NCBI GenBank assembly: GCA_044232665.1
Contig: JBIILL010000001.1
Span: forward strand, 1-34,336
Source: Candidatus Planktophila sp.
GTDB lineage: Bacteria > Actinomycetota > Actinomycetes > Nanopelagicales > Nanopelagicaceae
Direction of reading: 5' to 3'
DNA: 34,336 nucleotides
Shown here: piece after piece, positions 1-8,826 of the stretch
Numbering within the stretch: position 1 is the stretch's first letter
Layout of the letters: every line of letters starts with the position of its first letter
Notes under the pieces: model-generated
The model's input: the letters and a program-made list of their open reading frames with translations, nothing else
The model's database searches: none
What the model was told of the DNA's origin: nothing
Translations under genes and position numbers: made by a program

Positions 1-1230
1 ATTGGGAGCTGGGATTGATTCCCCTCGGCTCACAACCATGCGTAAACCCGTGCGATTGCTCGGATCTACATCCCGATCAATGCGGAACAGGGTTACTGGT
101 CCGGTCTTGAGCGGAAAATTACCTGCAACGCCAAGTTTGCGATTGCAGTGTGTCGTTTGTGTTGCATTCTTAGGGTCAGCTGCAAGTTTTGTTGCTGCAG
201 AACCGCAGTGCCATAAGCGCACTAAACCTTTAGATGCATCTAGGTCAACGATGTCTACAAGATAGTTTTCATCTGAGCCAAGTGCTTCACACATCATCAT
301 TGTTACAGCGCCTAATACATCACGCTCACAGGTTGTGACAGTCCCACGATCGGCTAAGCGACCTAAAGAGGAGCAAATGCAGGCACCCATTTCTGTTGGG
401 AATTCTGGCCAGCAACGAATCGCAATTGCATCTAGCAACTCATCCTCGCGCCATTTATCCAGCGCAACTTCTACTCCATATACCTTTTTTGCTTCAGCAA
501 CATTTACAGATGCAAGTGAAGGCTGGGCAGTAACTGCTCCTGCATATGCCAACTCACGTGCTTCTTCTTTAACTTCTGAAATCTTTCCAAAGGCATCATC
601 AATTGAAATCTGGCGAATATCTAATCCAAAGAGTGAACGAATCTGTTGGGCATCATAAACACATGGAGTAAAGCCAATTGGTGCTTCGCCAACTGCGCCA
701 ATCTTCTTTCCCTTGAGCCAATCAAATGCTTTTTGTGCATCAGCTTCAGTGCCGAGTTCTCCGACAACATTTTTTGGTGTTGTTGCCTCTGGCAGCTTTC
801 CCGCGAGCGCATCTTTAAGTGCAGTGCGTACCTGTGGCTCATCTGCATTTCCATGAATATGGCGAATTGATTGCCCAACATCCATCAAAGCATGTGCTGC
901 AAGATTTACCCCACACATCGAATTCAACTTTAAACGCTCGCCAACTTCGCCAGGCTCACGCATAGACCAACCAAGAACAGGTCCCTTAACTTTTCCTAAT
1001 AATTCAACTGCAGGTGATGCATCTGAAAAGGAAGCCATAAAAAGAATGTGAAGATCGGCATCTGGAAGTTCAACCACTGCAACATCATCAACTGTCATAA
1101 CTAACTCAGTTGGTCCGACCACATGGGCTCCAAGCTCTGTGAGCAACGCGCGAGCGCTATCAAAGTTGGCTTGGGCGCATCCGAGGTCGAAGGTAGGTCG
1201 CGCTAATGCGACGAGAGCAACAGTGCTCAT
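1..1230 (-). CDS. L-fucose/L-arabinose isomerase-family sugar isomerase (3' end runs off the window; absent from ORF track)
   Basis: Manually translated: ATG at 1230 preceded by SD GGAGG, then 410 open codons to base 1. Starts MSTVALVALARPTFD. Contains LNSMCG, IGAVGEAPIGF, IRCWPEF, TCERDVLG, WHCG and FPLKTGPVTLFR, typical of the fucose-isomerase-like family. Confidence 0.8.
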   Translation of the reverse strand, partial: MSTVALVALARPTFDLGCAQANFDSARALLTELGAHVVGPTELVMTVDDVAVVELPDADLHILFMASFSDASPAVELLGKVKGPVLGWSMREPGEVGERLKLNSMCGVNLAAHALMDVGQSIRHIHGNADEPQVRTALKDALAGKLPEATTPKNVVGELGTEADAQKAFDWLKGKKIGAVGEAPIGFTPCVYDAQQIRSLFGLDIRQISIDDAFGKISEVKEEARELAYAGAVTAQPSLASVNVAEAKKVYGVEVALDKWREDELLDAIAIRCWPEFPTEMGACICSSLGRLADRGTVTTCERDVLGAVTMMMCEALGSDENYLVDIVDLDASKGLVRLWHCGSAATKLAADPKNATQTTHCNRKLGVAGNFPLKTGPVTLFRIDRDVDPSNRTGLRMVVSRGESIPAPN

Positions 1231-1240
1231 TTATACCTCC

Positions 1241-1255
1241 AGTGGTAAGACCTCT
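1241..1255. promoter_or_regulatory. Putative FadR/PdhR/LldR-type GntR operator AGTGGTAAGACCTCT
   Basis: Imperfect palindrome with a GGTaagACC core, lying between the predicted -10 box and the SD of the isomerase gene. Confidence 0.5.
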
Positions 1256-1261
1256 TGGCAG

Positions 1262-1290
1262 AGAGTGCCACTGGATTAGGCGCGAGTCAA
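1262..1290 (-). promoter_or_regulatory. Putative sigma70-type promoter of the isomerase gene
   Basis: Minus strand reads TTGACT-N17-CACTCT. Confidence 0.4.
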
Positions 1291-1336
1291 TGCCAAATAG
1301 ACCATTTTGCGCTTCGTTATAGGACCGTGATGAGAG

Positions 1337-2401
1337 CTATTTTTGAAGAAGGAATGCTCTGGTCCGACCATTGACCTCAAATGCGGGCCACTCTGGGTCA
1401 AAAGTGAGCAGTTTTACGCCTGAGGATGTTGCCACGATGGTGTCTTCTGCTTTCCAGCCCTTACCTGTTGGGTTCCATGCGATGGGTTGGTTCTCAGCAA
1501 TCAAGCGTGTGGAGCTCTGGTTTGCCGGCCAATCGCGCGGCAAGAAACCAGTGGGTCCTCCCTGATGGTGCTTGGTCCATTCATCTGCATCAAAGCCATT
1601 GGCCGGATATGCAGCGATAGCTGCATTGATTGGATCTGAAAAGGCTTTGCCGACAACGGTGGCATCCAGTAGCGCCGCTTCAACTTTATATATTGAGGTG
1701 TACTCATTAATCATCGAATCAGTAACTTCGCCGAAGGTAACAATGCGGGTAACCGATGCAATTAGACCTTTTCGTTTTGCGCAGATTGAGGCAGAGACGC
1801 GATTTCCAACCACAGCATCTGTTGGCAATGGATGTCTAAATTTGTGGACTCGCTCAGCGCCAGCAACACCCAAGAATGCAACTTCTAAATCTGCTTGCCA
1901 CAGTGAGTGAGCAATTAATCCTGCAACATCGATTTCACGGTCTGAACTTTCCACCTGCTTCATTGCATTTCCTAAGGCAACCGCTGCATCAACGCAAATC
2001 TCTTTAAATCGCGCAACATCTGAGTCAATCAGTGATGCTCGAATCATCTCAACTTCAGTTCCTAGATCAATTCGATCACCGCCAGGTTGATCGCTACCGA
2101 CTTTTGATCCCGTTGGTAGTTGTGAGTCTCGTCCCTCAGACCACTTCACGGTTTTAACAGATACTTCATTTGGGAGTTCTTCTGCGATTAGACGAGGTGC
2201 TTCAACGACATTTGTTATGGCTGTTGCTGAATCCTGAGTGATAATCAAATCAAAACATGCTGCATCAATGGTTGAAGGCACATGTGCACGTCCTGCAATT
2301 GCCCAGGCTAAATTTGGATTGCGACGCAGGACAAGAGCATCTAATCCCTTAGCCTTCATGAGATCACGAAGTGGCTCAATACGTTGATTAAATGCGCTCA
2401 T
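1337..2401 (-). CDS. M24 (pita-bread fold) peptidase/amidohydrolase-family protein
   Basis: Creatinase-like N-domain (LDALVLRRNPNLAW) and C-domain with RHP, SVTR, HHQGG, WNP and AEDT motifs. Confidence 0.8.
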   Translation of the reverse strand: MSAFNQRIEPLRDLMKAKGLDALVLRRNPNLAWAIAGRAHVPSTIDAACFDLIITQDSATAITNVVEAPRLIAEELPNEVSVKTVKWSEGRDSQLPTGSKVGSDQPGGDRIDLGTEVEMIRASLIDSDVARFKEICVDAAVALGNAMKQVESSDREIDVAGLIAHSLWQADLEVAFLGVAGAERVHKFRHPLPTDAVVGNRVSASICAKRKGLIASVTRIVTFGEVTDSMINEYTSIYKVEAALLDATVVGKAFSDPINAAIAAYPANGFDADEWTKHHQGGPTGFLPRDWPANQSSTRLIAENQPIAWNPTGKGWKAEDTIVATSSGVKLLTFDPEWPAFEVNGRTRAFLLQK

Positions 2402-2411
2402 ACCGCTGATG

Positions 2412-3158
2412 TTACAACCGACCAGCTTGATGCACGCGCTTTAAGAACTCTTGAGTCTTTGGATTCTGAGGGTTATGCAGCACTTGATCTGCTGATCCGC
2501 GCTCAATGATGTTTCCGGACTCCAAGTAACAAACCTCATCGGCAACCTGTGTTGCAAAGCCCATTTCATGGGTTGCCAAAACCATTGTCATTCCATCGCT
2601 CTTTAAATCTCGAACAGCGGATAGAACTTCATTGACTAAAACGGGGTCAAGTGCAGATGTGACTTCATCGAGTAACAACAAACGTGGATTAACAGCTAAT
2701 GATCGAATAATCGCAACACGTTGCTGTTGTCCCCCGCTTAGGCGATCTGGGTATTGATCAGCTTTATCTGAAAGATCAAAGCGCTTGAGCAATTCCATTG
2801 CAGCGGTATTTGCCTCGTCCTTACTCTTGGCGTGTACCTTAATTGGAGAAAGGGTGATGTTTTCTAGAACTGTTTTATGTGGAAAGAGATTAAAGGATTG
2901 AAAAACCATACCTAAGCGGCGGCGCACATCATCGACATTGATGAGCGGATCTGAGATTTCATCGCCATCTAAAAAGATCTGTCCATCATCGATTGATTCG
3001 AGCAAATTGATACATCGAAGCAACGTCGATTTACCTGAACCTGATGCACCGATTAAAGCAGTTGCGGTGTGTTCAGGAACTGCCAAGGAAAGATCATTTA
3101 AAACAAGTTCGGTGCCAAAGGATTTACGAATATTGACTAGTTCTAATACGTTTGTCAT
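2412..3158 (-). CDS. Polar amino-acid ABC transporter ATP-binding protein (GlnQ-like)
   Basis: Walker A GASGSGKS, signature LSGGQQQRV, Walker B LLLLDE, THEMGFA. Confidence 0.93.
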   Translation of the reverse strand: MTNVLELVNIRKSFGTELVLNDLSLAVPEHTATALIGASGSGKSTLLRCINLLESIDDGQIFLDGDEISDPLINVDDVRRRLGMVFQSFNLFPHKTVLENITLSPIKVHAKSKDEANTAAMELLKRFDLSDKADQYPDRLSGGQQQRVAIIRSLAVNPRLLLLDEVTSALDPVLVNEVLSAVRDLKSDGMTMVLATHEMGFATQVADEVCYLESGNIIERGSADQVLHNPQNPKTQEFLKRVHQAGRL

Positions 3159-4024
3159 TAGATCGCACCTTCAGAATTCTGAGCACTGGTGCGCTGTCTG
3201 ATGGCACGGTCTGTGTAGCGGGTCATAGGAATAGTGATGAGCAAGAACAAGATCGCAGCTACAACATATGGTGTGTAATTAAAGGTTCGGCTAGCGTTGA
3301 TTTGCGCAGCACGAACCGCGTCCGTGACCCCAAGAATAGAAACTAGACCGGTGTCTTTAAGTAGTGAAACAAAGTCATTTAATAGTGGTGGAACAACGCG
3401 GCGAATTGCTTGAGGCAAAACAACAAAGCGCATAGTTTGGCCTGAGGTTAATCCCAATGATCTAGCTGCTGCGCGCTGGCTTGGGTGGATAGATAAAATT
3501 CCACTTCGAATTACTTCAGCAACGTAAGCAGAATAAGTAAGCACAACGGCCACAGTTCCTAAAAAGATCACATTGCTAGAAACACCTTTTAAACCAAGTG
3601 CCGGCACGCCAAATCCAACTAACAAGATAATCAAAATAAGGGGTGCACCACGGAAAATATCAACGTAGGCGGTTGCTAGGAATCTAAATGGTGTGAGCGC
3701 TGGCGACTTAGTTGTTCGAAGTAGCGCTAAACCGAGTGCGATAACTCCAATTGCTGCTCCACCAATAAATGTGAGTTGTAGATTGATCCAAAGACCCTTA
3801 ATAACAGTTGGAAATACCTCTTTGCCATATTCGATATCAAAGAAGGTGGATTTAACTGTTTCCCAGCCAGGTGATGTAACAAGAATCAGGGCCAGCGTGC
3901 CAAGAACAAAAATAGAAGAAGCCGCAGCAATACCTGCTTGCTTGCGGCTTATCGCGCGCCTGGATTGGCGGCGTTGGATCTCACGTGAGCTTGGCGACCA
4001 CGCAGAGTTTTGATTCTCTGACAT
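3158..4024 (-). CDS. Polar amino-acid ABC transporter permease
   Basis: YVDIFRGAP, SAYVAEVIRSG, EAA-like loop AAARSLG, LLKDT. The start is more likely the ATG at 4024 (TAGTTT 7 nt upstream, possibly leaderless) than the TTG at 4033. TAATG overlap with the ATPase gene. Confidence 0.9.
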   Translation of the reverse strand: MSENQNSAWSPSSREIQRRQSRRAISRKQAGIAAASSIFVLGTLALILVTSPGWETVKSTFFDIEYGKEVFPTVIKGLWINLQLTFIGGAAIGVIALGLALLRTTKSPALTPFRFLATAYVDIFRGAPLILIILLVGFGVPALGLKGVSSNVIFLGTVAVVLTYSAYVAEVIRSGILSIHPSQRAAARSLGLTSGQTMRFVVLPQAIRRVVPPLLNDFVSLLKDTGLVSILGVTDAVRAAQINASRTFNYTPYVVAAILFLLITIPMTRYTDRAIRQRTSAQNSEGAI

Positions 4025-4060
4025 GGCCGCCAAACTACCGTGTTTACTTCTTAGTTTCTA

Positions 4061-4906
4061 TTAAGGCTTCAATACAGGAGCGCCAGCATCAGTTGCTAGC
4101 CACTTATCTGTAATTGCTGCCAATGTGCCATCAGCGGTGATTGCATCAACCGCACCAGTCACACATGAAGTTAGCTTGCTGCCCTTAGTAAGCAAGAGAC
4201 CGAACTGATCTCCTGCGCCAGCTGATGGAAGCTGTCCAACGATGAGACCGTTTGGAACTTCAACACCTGAAAGGTAGAAAGCTGTTGGTAGATCAACAAC
4301 TAATCCGTCGATCTGCTTGTTCTTCAGAGCAGAAACGCCAGCAGCGTTGTCGTTAAACACCTGAGGTGTTGCACCGATCTGGTTTGAGATCGCATCTAGT
4401 GATGTTGTTCCAACAGCTGCGCCAAGCTTTGCACTCTTTAGATCAGCAAGTGATGTCTTTCCATCGATCTTGCTTCCCTTGAATGAGACGATTGCTTGTG
4501 GAGCTGTGTAGTAAGGAGATGAGAAATCAACAGCCGTCTTGCGCTCTTCTGTGATTGAGAACTGCTGCAAGTTGAAGTCGAAGTTCTTTTCTCCTGGTGT
4601 CACAGCAGAATCAAATGTTGTGCGGACCCAAACGACATCTGCTGTATCAAATCCGAGTTGCTTTGCAACTGCGTATGCAACAGCGCCTTCAAAACCATTT
4701 CCGGTCTCTGGTGCATCGTCAATGATCCATGGGTAGTAAGCAGGCTCGCCAGTTGCGATTGTTAGCTTGCCTTCAGTAACTGTTGCAAGATCTGCTTTGG
4801 CACATGATGCGCTCTCAGTTGTTGCTGAGTCAGATGATGAACAACCTGTAAGTGTTAGTGCCGCCGCAATTACAACTGCTGCGAAAATTCCAAAACGTTT
4901 TCTCAC
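4061..4906 (-). CDS. Polar amino-acid ABC substrate-binding lipoprotein (SBP family 3)
   Basis: Lipobox LTGC, GKLTIAT, SITEERK..VDFSSPYY; GTG start with SD AAGGAG. Confidence 0.92.
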   Translation of the reverse strand: MRKRFGIFAAVVIAAALTLTGCSSSDSATTESASCAKADLATVTEGKLTIATGEPAYYPWIIDDAPETGNGFEGAVAYAVAKQLGFDTADVVWVRTTFDSAVTPGEKNFDFNLQQFSITEERKTAVDFSSPYYTAPQAIVSFKGSKIDGKTSLADLKSAKLGAAVGTTSLDAISNQIGATPQVFNDNAAGVSALKNKQIDGLVVDLPTAFYLSGVEVPNGLIVGQLPSAGAGDQFGLLLTKGSKLTSCVTGAVDAITADGTLAAITDKWLATDAGAPVLKP

Positions 4907-4975
4907 GTAAGCTCCTTATTGTTGGTGCGAAATGCATGCCTGCCAAGGTTATTCAAGTTTGGCTCCATTGTCGAG

Positions 4976-4992
4976 ATGCAAACTGTATGCAA
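4976..4992. promoter_or_regulatory. Possible copy of the 17-bp cluster operator (ATGCAAACTGTATGCAA)
   Basis: 15/17 identical to the copy at 11606-11622. Lies just upstream of a minus-strand TCGACA-N17-TAACCT promoter for the amino-acid SBP. Confidence 0.4.
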
Positions 4993-5122
4993 ATACCCTT
5001 CTACTGCAATTTCAGCCGGCATCTGCTTAAACCCGGAGTGAGGCAAACACCCTAAAGGCCGTTAAGCGGGCACGTGAAATAAATACGTACTTCGCTTATT
5101 ACTACCTAAGATTTGCAGATAT

Positions 5123-5893
5123 TTAAGACTTTAATTTATGGCCTGGTATTGATGAGATTAGTTTGCGCGTATATTCATTAGTAGGATTTTGGAAGATATC
5201 ACTTGCGCTTCCATTCTCAACAAAAACACCATTTTGCATGACATAGACGTTATCGGCTAAGTACCTAATTACTCCTAAATCATGAGAAACCAAGACTATC
5301 GATAAGCCATCTTTTATCAGCTCATTAAATAATTCAAGAAGTTGGGACTGTGCGCTTTGATCGATCGCCGATGTCGGTTCATCTGCAACCAAAACCTTAG
5401 GTTGGACAGACAAAGCTCTCGCAACAGAGGCCCTCTGGCGCTGCCCGCCGGATAGATAACTGGGATACTTTTGAGCATCAATTCCACTTATACCCATACG
5501 TTCTAATAGCTTGCCTGCAATTTCGATCGATTCTTCTTTGCTTACATGTTGATGAATCTTGACTGCTTCAGCTACCGCATTAATAATGCGCATTCTTGGA
5601 TTCAAACTGCTGTATGGATCTTGAAAGACCATCTGCACAGCTTTGCGTAACTCCCCTTCATAGGTTGTTTTACCATTCTGAATCCCTTGATCCATATAGT
5701 TAACATAACCGGCCGTTGGTAGCTGGATTCCTGACAAAACACGCGCAAAAGTTGATTTGCCACTGCCTGATTCACCAACGACCCCAACAACACTTCCTTG
5801 TGGTAAAGCGAAATTTACATCTTTCACCGCTTGAACTTCATATCCAAAAGATTTAAAAGTGACAGATACGTTGAAGGCTTCAAGTAAATTCAT
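5123..5893 (-). CDS. Opp/Dpp-family ABC ATP-binding protein (OppF/DppF-like)
   Basis: GESGSGKST, VFQDPYSSLNP, LSGGQRQR, ADEPTSA, SHDL. Confidence 0.92.
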   Translation of the reverse strand: MNLLEAFNVSVTFKSFGYEVQAVKDVNFALPQGSVVGVVGESGSGKSTFARVLSGIQLPTAGYVNYMDQGIQNGKTTYEGELRKAVQMVFQDPYSSLNPRMRIINAVAEAVKIHQHVSKEESIEIAGKLLERMGISGIDAQKYPSYLSGGQRQRASVARALSVQPKVLVADEPTSAIDQSAQSQLLELFNELIKDGLSIVLVSHDLGVIRYLADNVYVMQNGVFVENGSASDIFQNPTNEYTRKLISSIPGHKLKS

Positions 5894-5899
5894 GGCCAG

Positions 5900-6883
5900 T
5901 TACTTCCAAATCTCTGAGTGTCGCAAACATGCTGTCCCATGATTATCTCCGACGGAAACAAGTGGTATTTCTTTTTCCACCGAACAGGAATCTTTAACAA
6001 AATCACATCTACCCGCGAATCTGCAGCCAGACGGCCAGGCGCCGACTGTAGGTGGCTGACCCTTAATTGTGACTAACTTTCCACGAGGCTTTACTAGATC
6101 AATTCGTGAATTGTAGAGTGCTTGCGTATATGGATGTCGAGTATCTTCAATTTGAGATGATCGTAATTTTTCGACAGTGACCCCAGCATGCATAACAACA
6201 ATATCATCACAAATCTCATTGATTAAAAGAAGATCATGTGAGACTAAAATGATTGCGGTATTAAGGTCTTTTCTAATCTCTTGCAATAGATCCATAATTT
6301 CGGCTTGCACAGTTACATCCAAGCCGGTTGTTGGTTCATCAGCAACGATTAATTGCGGTTCCTGAGCAATAGCACAAGCAATCATTACTCTTTGACGCAT
6401 TCCTCCAGAAAGTTCATAGGGGTACTGCTTTATCACAATCTCTGGGCGGTTAATTTTCACGATATCCAATAGCTCTAAGGCTCGATTGCGGACTTGCTTA
6501 GAATCCATCTTCTCGCCCTGTCTGATTGCCTCAGCCAATTGAGCACCGATTGTCATAACTGGATTTGGACCGGCAAGGGCAGATTGCGGAACATAGCCAA
6601 TTCTTTTGCCGCGAATCCCTCTCCAGTCCTTCTGAGAGGCTGCAACTAAATCGATTCCATCGAAATTTAAGGTGCCACCACTTATGTATGCACCTCTGCG
6701 CTCTAGTGTTCCTACTAATGAGCGACATAACATTGTTTTACCAGATCCAGATTCACCGATTAAACCAATGAATTGGCCACGCTCAATATTGAATGTTGCA
6801 CTATCTACTATCGCCAACCTACGAGCTTTGGTAACCCTGACATCTATCTTCAGGTGATCGATAACAACTAATGGCTGAGACAT
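5900..6883 (-). CDS. Opp/Dpp-family ABC ATP-binding protein (OppD/DppD-like) with Cys-rich C-terminus
   Basis: GESGSGKT, LSGGMRQR, ADEPTTGLD, HPYT, GCRFAGRC...C...C. The ATG at 6883 overlaps the upstream TGA. Confidence 0.92.
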   Translation of the reverse strand: MSQPLVVIDHLKIDVRVTKARRLAIVDSATFNIERGQFIGLIGESGSGKTMLCRSLVGTLERRGAYISGGTLNFDGIDLVAASQKDWRGIRGKRIGYVPQSALAGPNPVMTIGAQLAEAIRQGEKMDSKQVRNRALELLDIVKINRPEIVIKQYPYELSGGMRQRVMIACAIAQEPQLIVADEPTTGLDVTVQAEIMDLLQEIRKDLNTAIILVSHDLLLINEICDDIVVMHAGVTVEKLRSSQIEDTRHPYTQALYNSRIDLVKPRGKLVTIKGQPPTVGAWPSGCRFAGRCDFVKDSCSVEKEIPLVSVGDNHGTACLRHSEIWK

Positions 6884-7749
6884 CAATTTCCTCGATCTCG
6901 TCGTGAAAGGCCCTCAACGATAAAAGATAAAGAAATAGCAGACCAACATATCGCTACGCCAGGGAAAATAGTCAACCACCAAGCTTGTCCAATAAATGTT
7001 CGGCCGTCAGCAATCATGGCACCCCATTCGGCCGCTGGAGGTCGAGCTGCAAATCCTAAGAACGAGAGTCCCGACACGATAATAATTACCAAAATAAAAT
7101 CACTGAGTGCATATGCCAGAGTTTCTGATGACACATTAGGAGTGACATGCTTGGTAACTATCCGCTTTTTGGAGTATCCCATGAGCTTGGCTGCTTCTAT
7201 GTAGTTTTGTTGCAAAACAACAACAGCACGTGTTCTTGCAATACGTGCATACCTAGCCCAACTCAATAAAGACAAAATAATCACAACATTAAATAGTCCT
7301 GGCCCTAGAAAGGCAACCATTGCAATTGCAACTATCAGTAAAGGAAAAGCGTTAATTCCATCAATGAGTGAGCTAACTAGCGTCACAAAATATTTGTTTT
7401 GCGCAATACCGAGCATAATTCCAATTATCGTGCCAGTGATTAATGGAATTGAGACTCCAAGGAAAGCAATACCCAAATCAGATGGGACTGCGGCAAAGAC
7501 ACGAGTCATAACATCGCGCCCTAATTGATCAAGGCCCATTGGGTGGGCAAATGATGGCGGCTGAAGTGAATCACCTGCAAATTCGTCGGGACCATACTTT
7601 CTAACGAATGGGTGAATGATGCCAGCGAGAACGATCATGGCGAACATAGTAATTCCGACAATGATTCCTGAGCCACCGGGACGTGCAACCCACTCCTTTA
7701 TGCGATCTTTTCGAGAGGAATTAGTTGCAAATGCTCTGTTATTACTCAT
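6883..7749 (-). CDS. Opp/Dpp-family ABC permease (OppC/DppC-like)
   Basis: HPMGLDQLGRD, YIEAAKLMG, LSFLG, EWGAMI. Confidence 0.92.
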   Translation of the reverse strand: MSNNRAFATNSSRKDRIKEWVARPGGSGIIVGITMFAMIVLAGIIHPFVRKYGPDEFAGDSLQPPSFAHPMGLDQLGRDVMTRVFAAVPSDLGIAFLGVSIPLITGTIIGIMLGIAQNKYFVTLVSSLIDGINAFPLLIVAIAMVAFLGPGLFNVVIILSLLSWARYARIARTRAVVVLQQNYIEAAKLMGYSKKRIVTKHVTPNVSSETLAYALSDFILVIIIVSGLSFLGFAARPPAAEWGAMIADGRTFIGQAWWLTIFPGVAICWSAISLSFIVEGLSRRDRGN

Positions 7750-8675
7750 AGCTTCACCCTTCGATCAAGCCGATATGCGATTAAATCTCCAATGAAACTT
7801 ATAAATACGGTTATCACTCCGAAGAACATAAGAATTCCTTGAACCATTGGATAGTCACTTGACATCACTGCATTAACCAGCTCGCGTCCAATTCCTGGAA
7901 GTGAGAAAATTGTCTCCAAAATTACTGTAGCTCCGAGCATTGTTCCCATCATGTAAGAGATTAGAACGACGGTTGGTGCCATGGAAGGCTTCAAAATATA
8001 GAACCAAAAAAACCTTGGGCGGCTGACACCACGAATAATTCCAGTTTCAACAAATTCTTCATTACGTGTGTCAACTACAGAAGTATGCAAAACTCTTGAA
8101 ATAATTGAAACTAAAATTAAGGTATTGATAGCGACAGGCAGCCATAAGTACTTGAGATTAGTTGGAAATTCACTTACATAACCAAAAACAGGGGCCCAAC
8201 TCCTCTGAACGCTAAATATGAGAATTCCAATCATCGCTATGAAGAAATTGGGAGTGGCGATAATGATTGATGTGATTGATTTAAAGACATATACGATCGA
8301 TGCTTTATTTGTCCACCCAATAAAAGTACCGATTGGTACCGATAAAATAAAGGCAAAAAATACAGATAACAGTATGTAGGTCAGGGTTAGAGGTAAGGTT
8401 CGTTGGATTGTGTCAAATACATCAACATCATTTACTAAAGAAACACCCATATCGCCTTGAAATAGACCGCTTACGTAGGTAATAAATTGTCGAAAGGGAT
8501 TCACATTTAACCCTAGCTGGGCACGTAATTGTTCCACCGCTTCAATCTCCGCCCCTGCTCCAAGACGGGCTGACGCTGGGTCGCCTGGCGTAAGACGAAT
8601 CAGGGAAAATGAAATCACCATAACCCAAAATGAGACACTAATCGCACGTAAAAATCTGCCTGCGATCTTTCTCAA
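7746..8675 (-). CDS. Opp/Dpp-family ABC permease (OppB/DppB-like)
   Basis: PGDPA, QLGLN..F.QF, ETIFSLPGIG, DYPMVQG; TTG start. Confidence 0.92.
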   Translation of the reverse strand: MRKIAGRFLRAISVSFWVMVISFSLIRLTPGDPASARLGAGAEIEAVEQLRAQLGLNVNPFRQFITYVSGLFQGDMGVSLVNDVDVFDTIQRTLPLTLTYILLSVFFAFILSVPIGTFIGWTNKASIVYVFKSITSIIIATPNFFIAMIGILIFSVQRSWAPVFGYVSEFPTNLKYLWLPVAINTLILVSIISRVLHTSVVDTRNEEFVETGIIRGVSRPRFFWFYILKPSMAPTVVLISYMMGTMLGATVILETIFSLPGIGRELVNAVMSSDYPMVQGILMFFGVITVFISFIGDLIAYRLDRRVKL

Positions 8676-8721
8676 AAGGATGTTCCTGTTAATTCTTTCT
8701 CTCCATCTCTGTTTTAATAGG

Positions 8722-8758
8722 AATAAAGTAGCGGGCGTTTCACACCCGCTACTTTATT
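8722..8758. terminator. 14-bp perfect inverted repeat between the SBP and permease genes (terminator/mRNA-stabilising hairpin)
   Basis: AATAAAGTAGCGGG (8722-8735) pairs with CCCGCTACTTTATT (8745-8758). Confidence 0.65.
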
Positions 8759-8765
8759 TTGACCT

Positions 8766-8799
8766 ACCCGGCTAGTTGGTCATTGACTACTAGCCGGGT
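8766..8799. repeat. Second inverted repeat downstream of the Opp-type SBP gene
   Basis: ACCCGGCTAGT (8766-8776) pairs with ACTAGCCGGGT (8789-8799), with further inner pairing. Confidence 0.65.
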
Positions 8800-8826
8800 C
8801 CCTCGATCTCAGTCAGATGGAACTAC

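Noticed and set aside
2-881. Short ORFs 2-265, 335-658, 621-881 and 646-870
   Set aside because: They are shadow or off-frame ORFs of the continuous minus-strand isomerase CDS (1-1230), which I checked has no in-frame stop.
1238-1275. Inverted repeat TCCAGTGG...CCACTGGA as an SD-sequestering riboswitch
   Set aside because: One arm lies inside the predicted promoter spacer, so it would not be in the local transcript, and no known aptamer is recognisable. It could only matter for read-through RNA.
5010-5075. Possible structured RNA/riboswitch (CTGCTTAA...GGCAAAC...TTAAGCGG), loosely like c-di-GMP-I
   Set aside because: Only a short imperfect stem is present, conserved GEMM elements are missing, and there is no plus-strand downstream gene. 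An Infernal/Rfam scan would be decisive.
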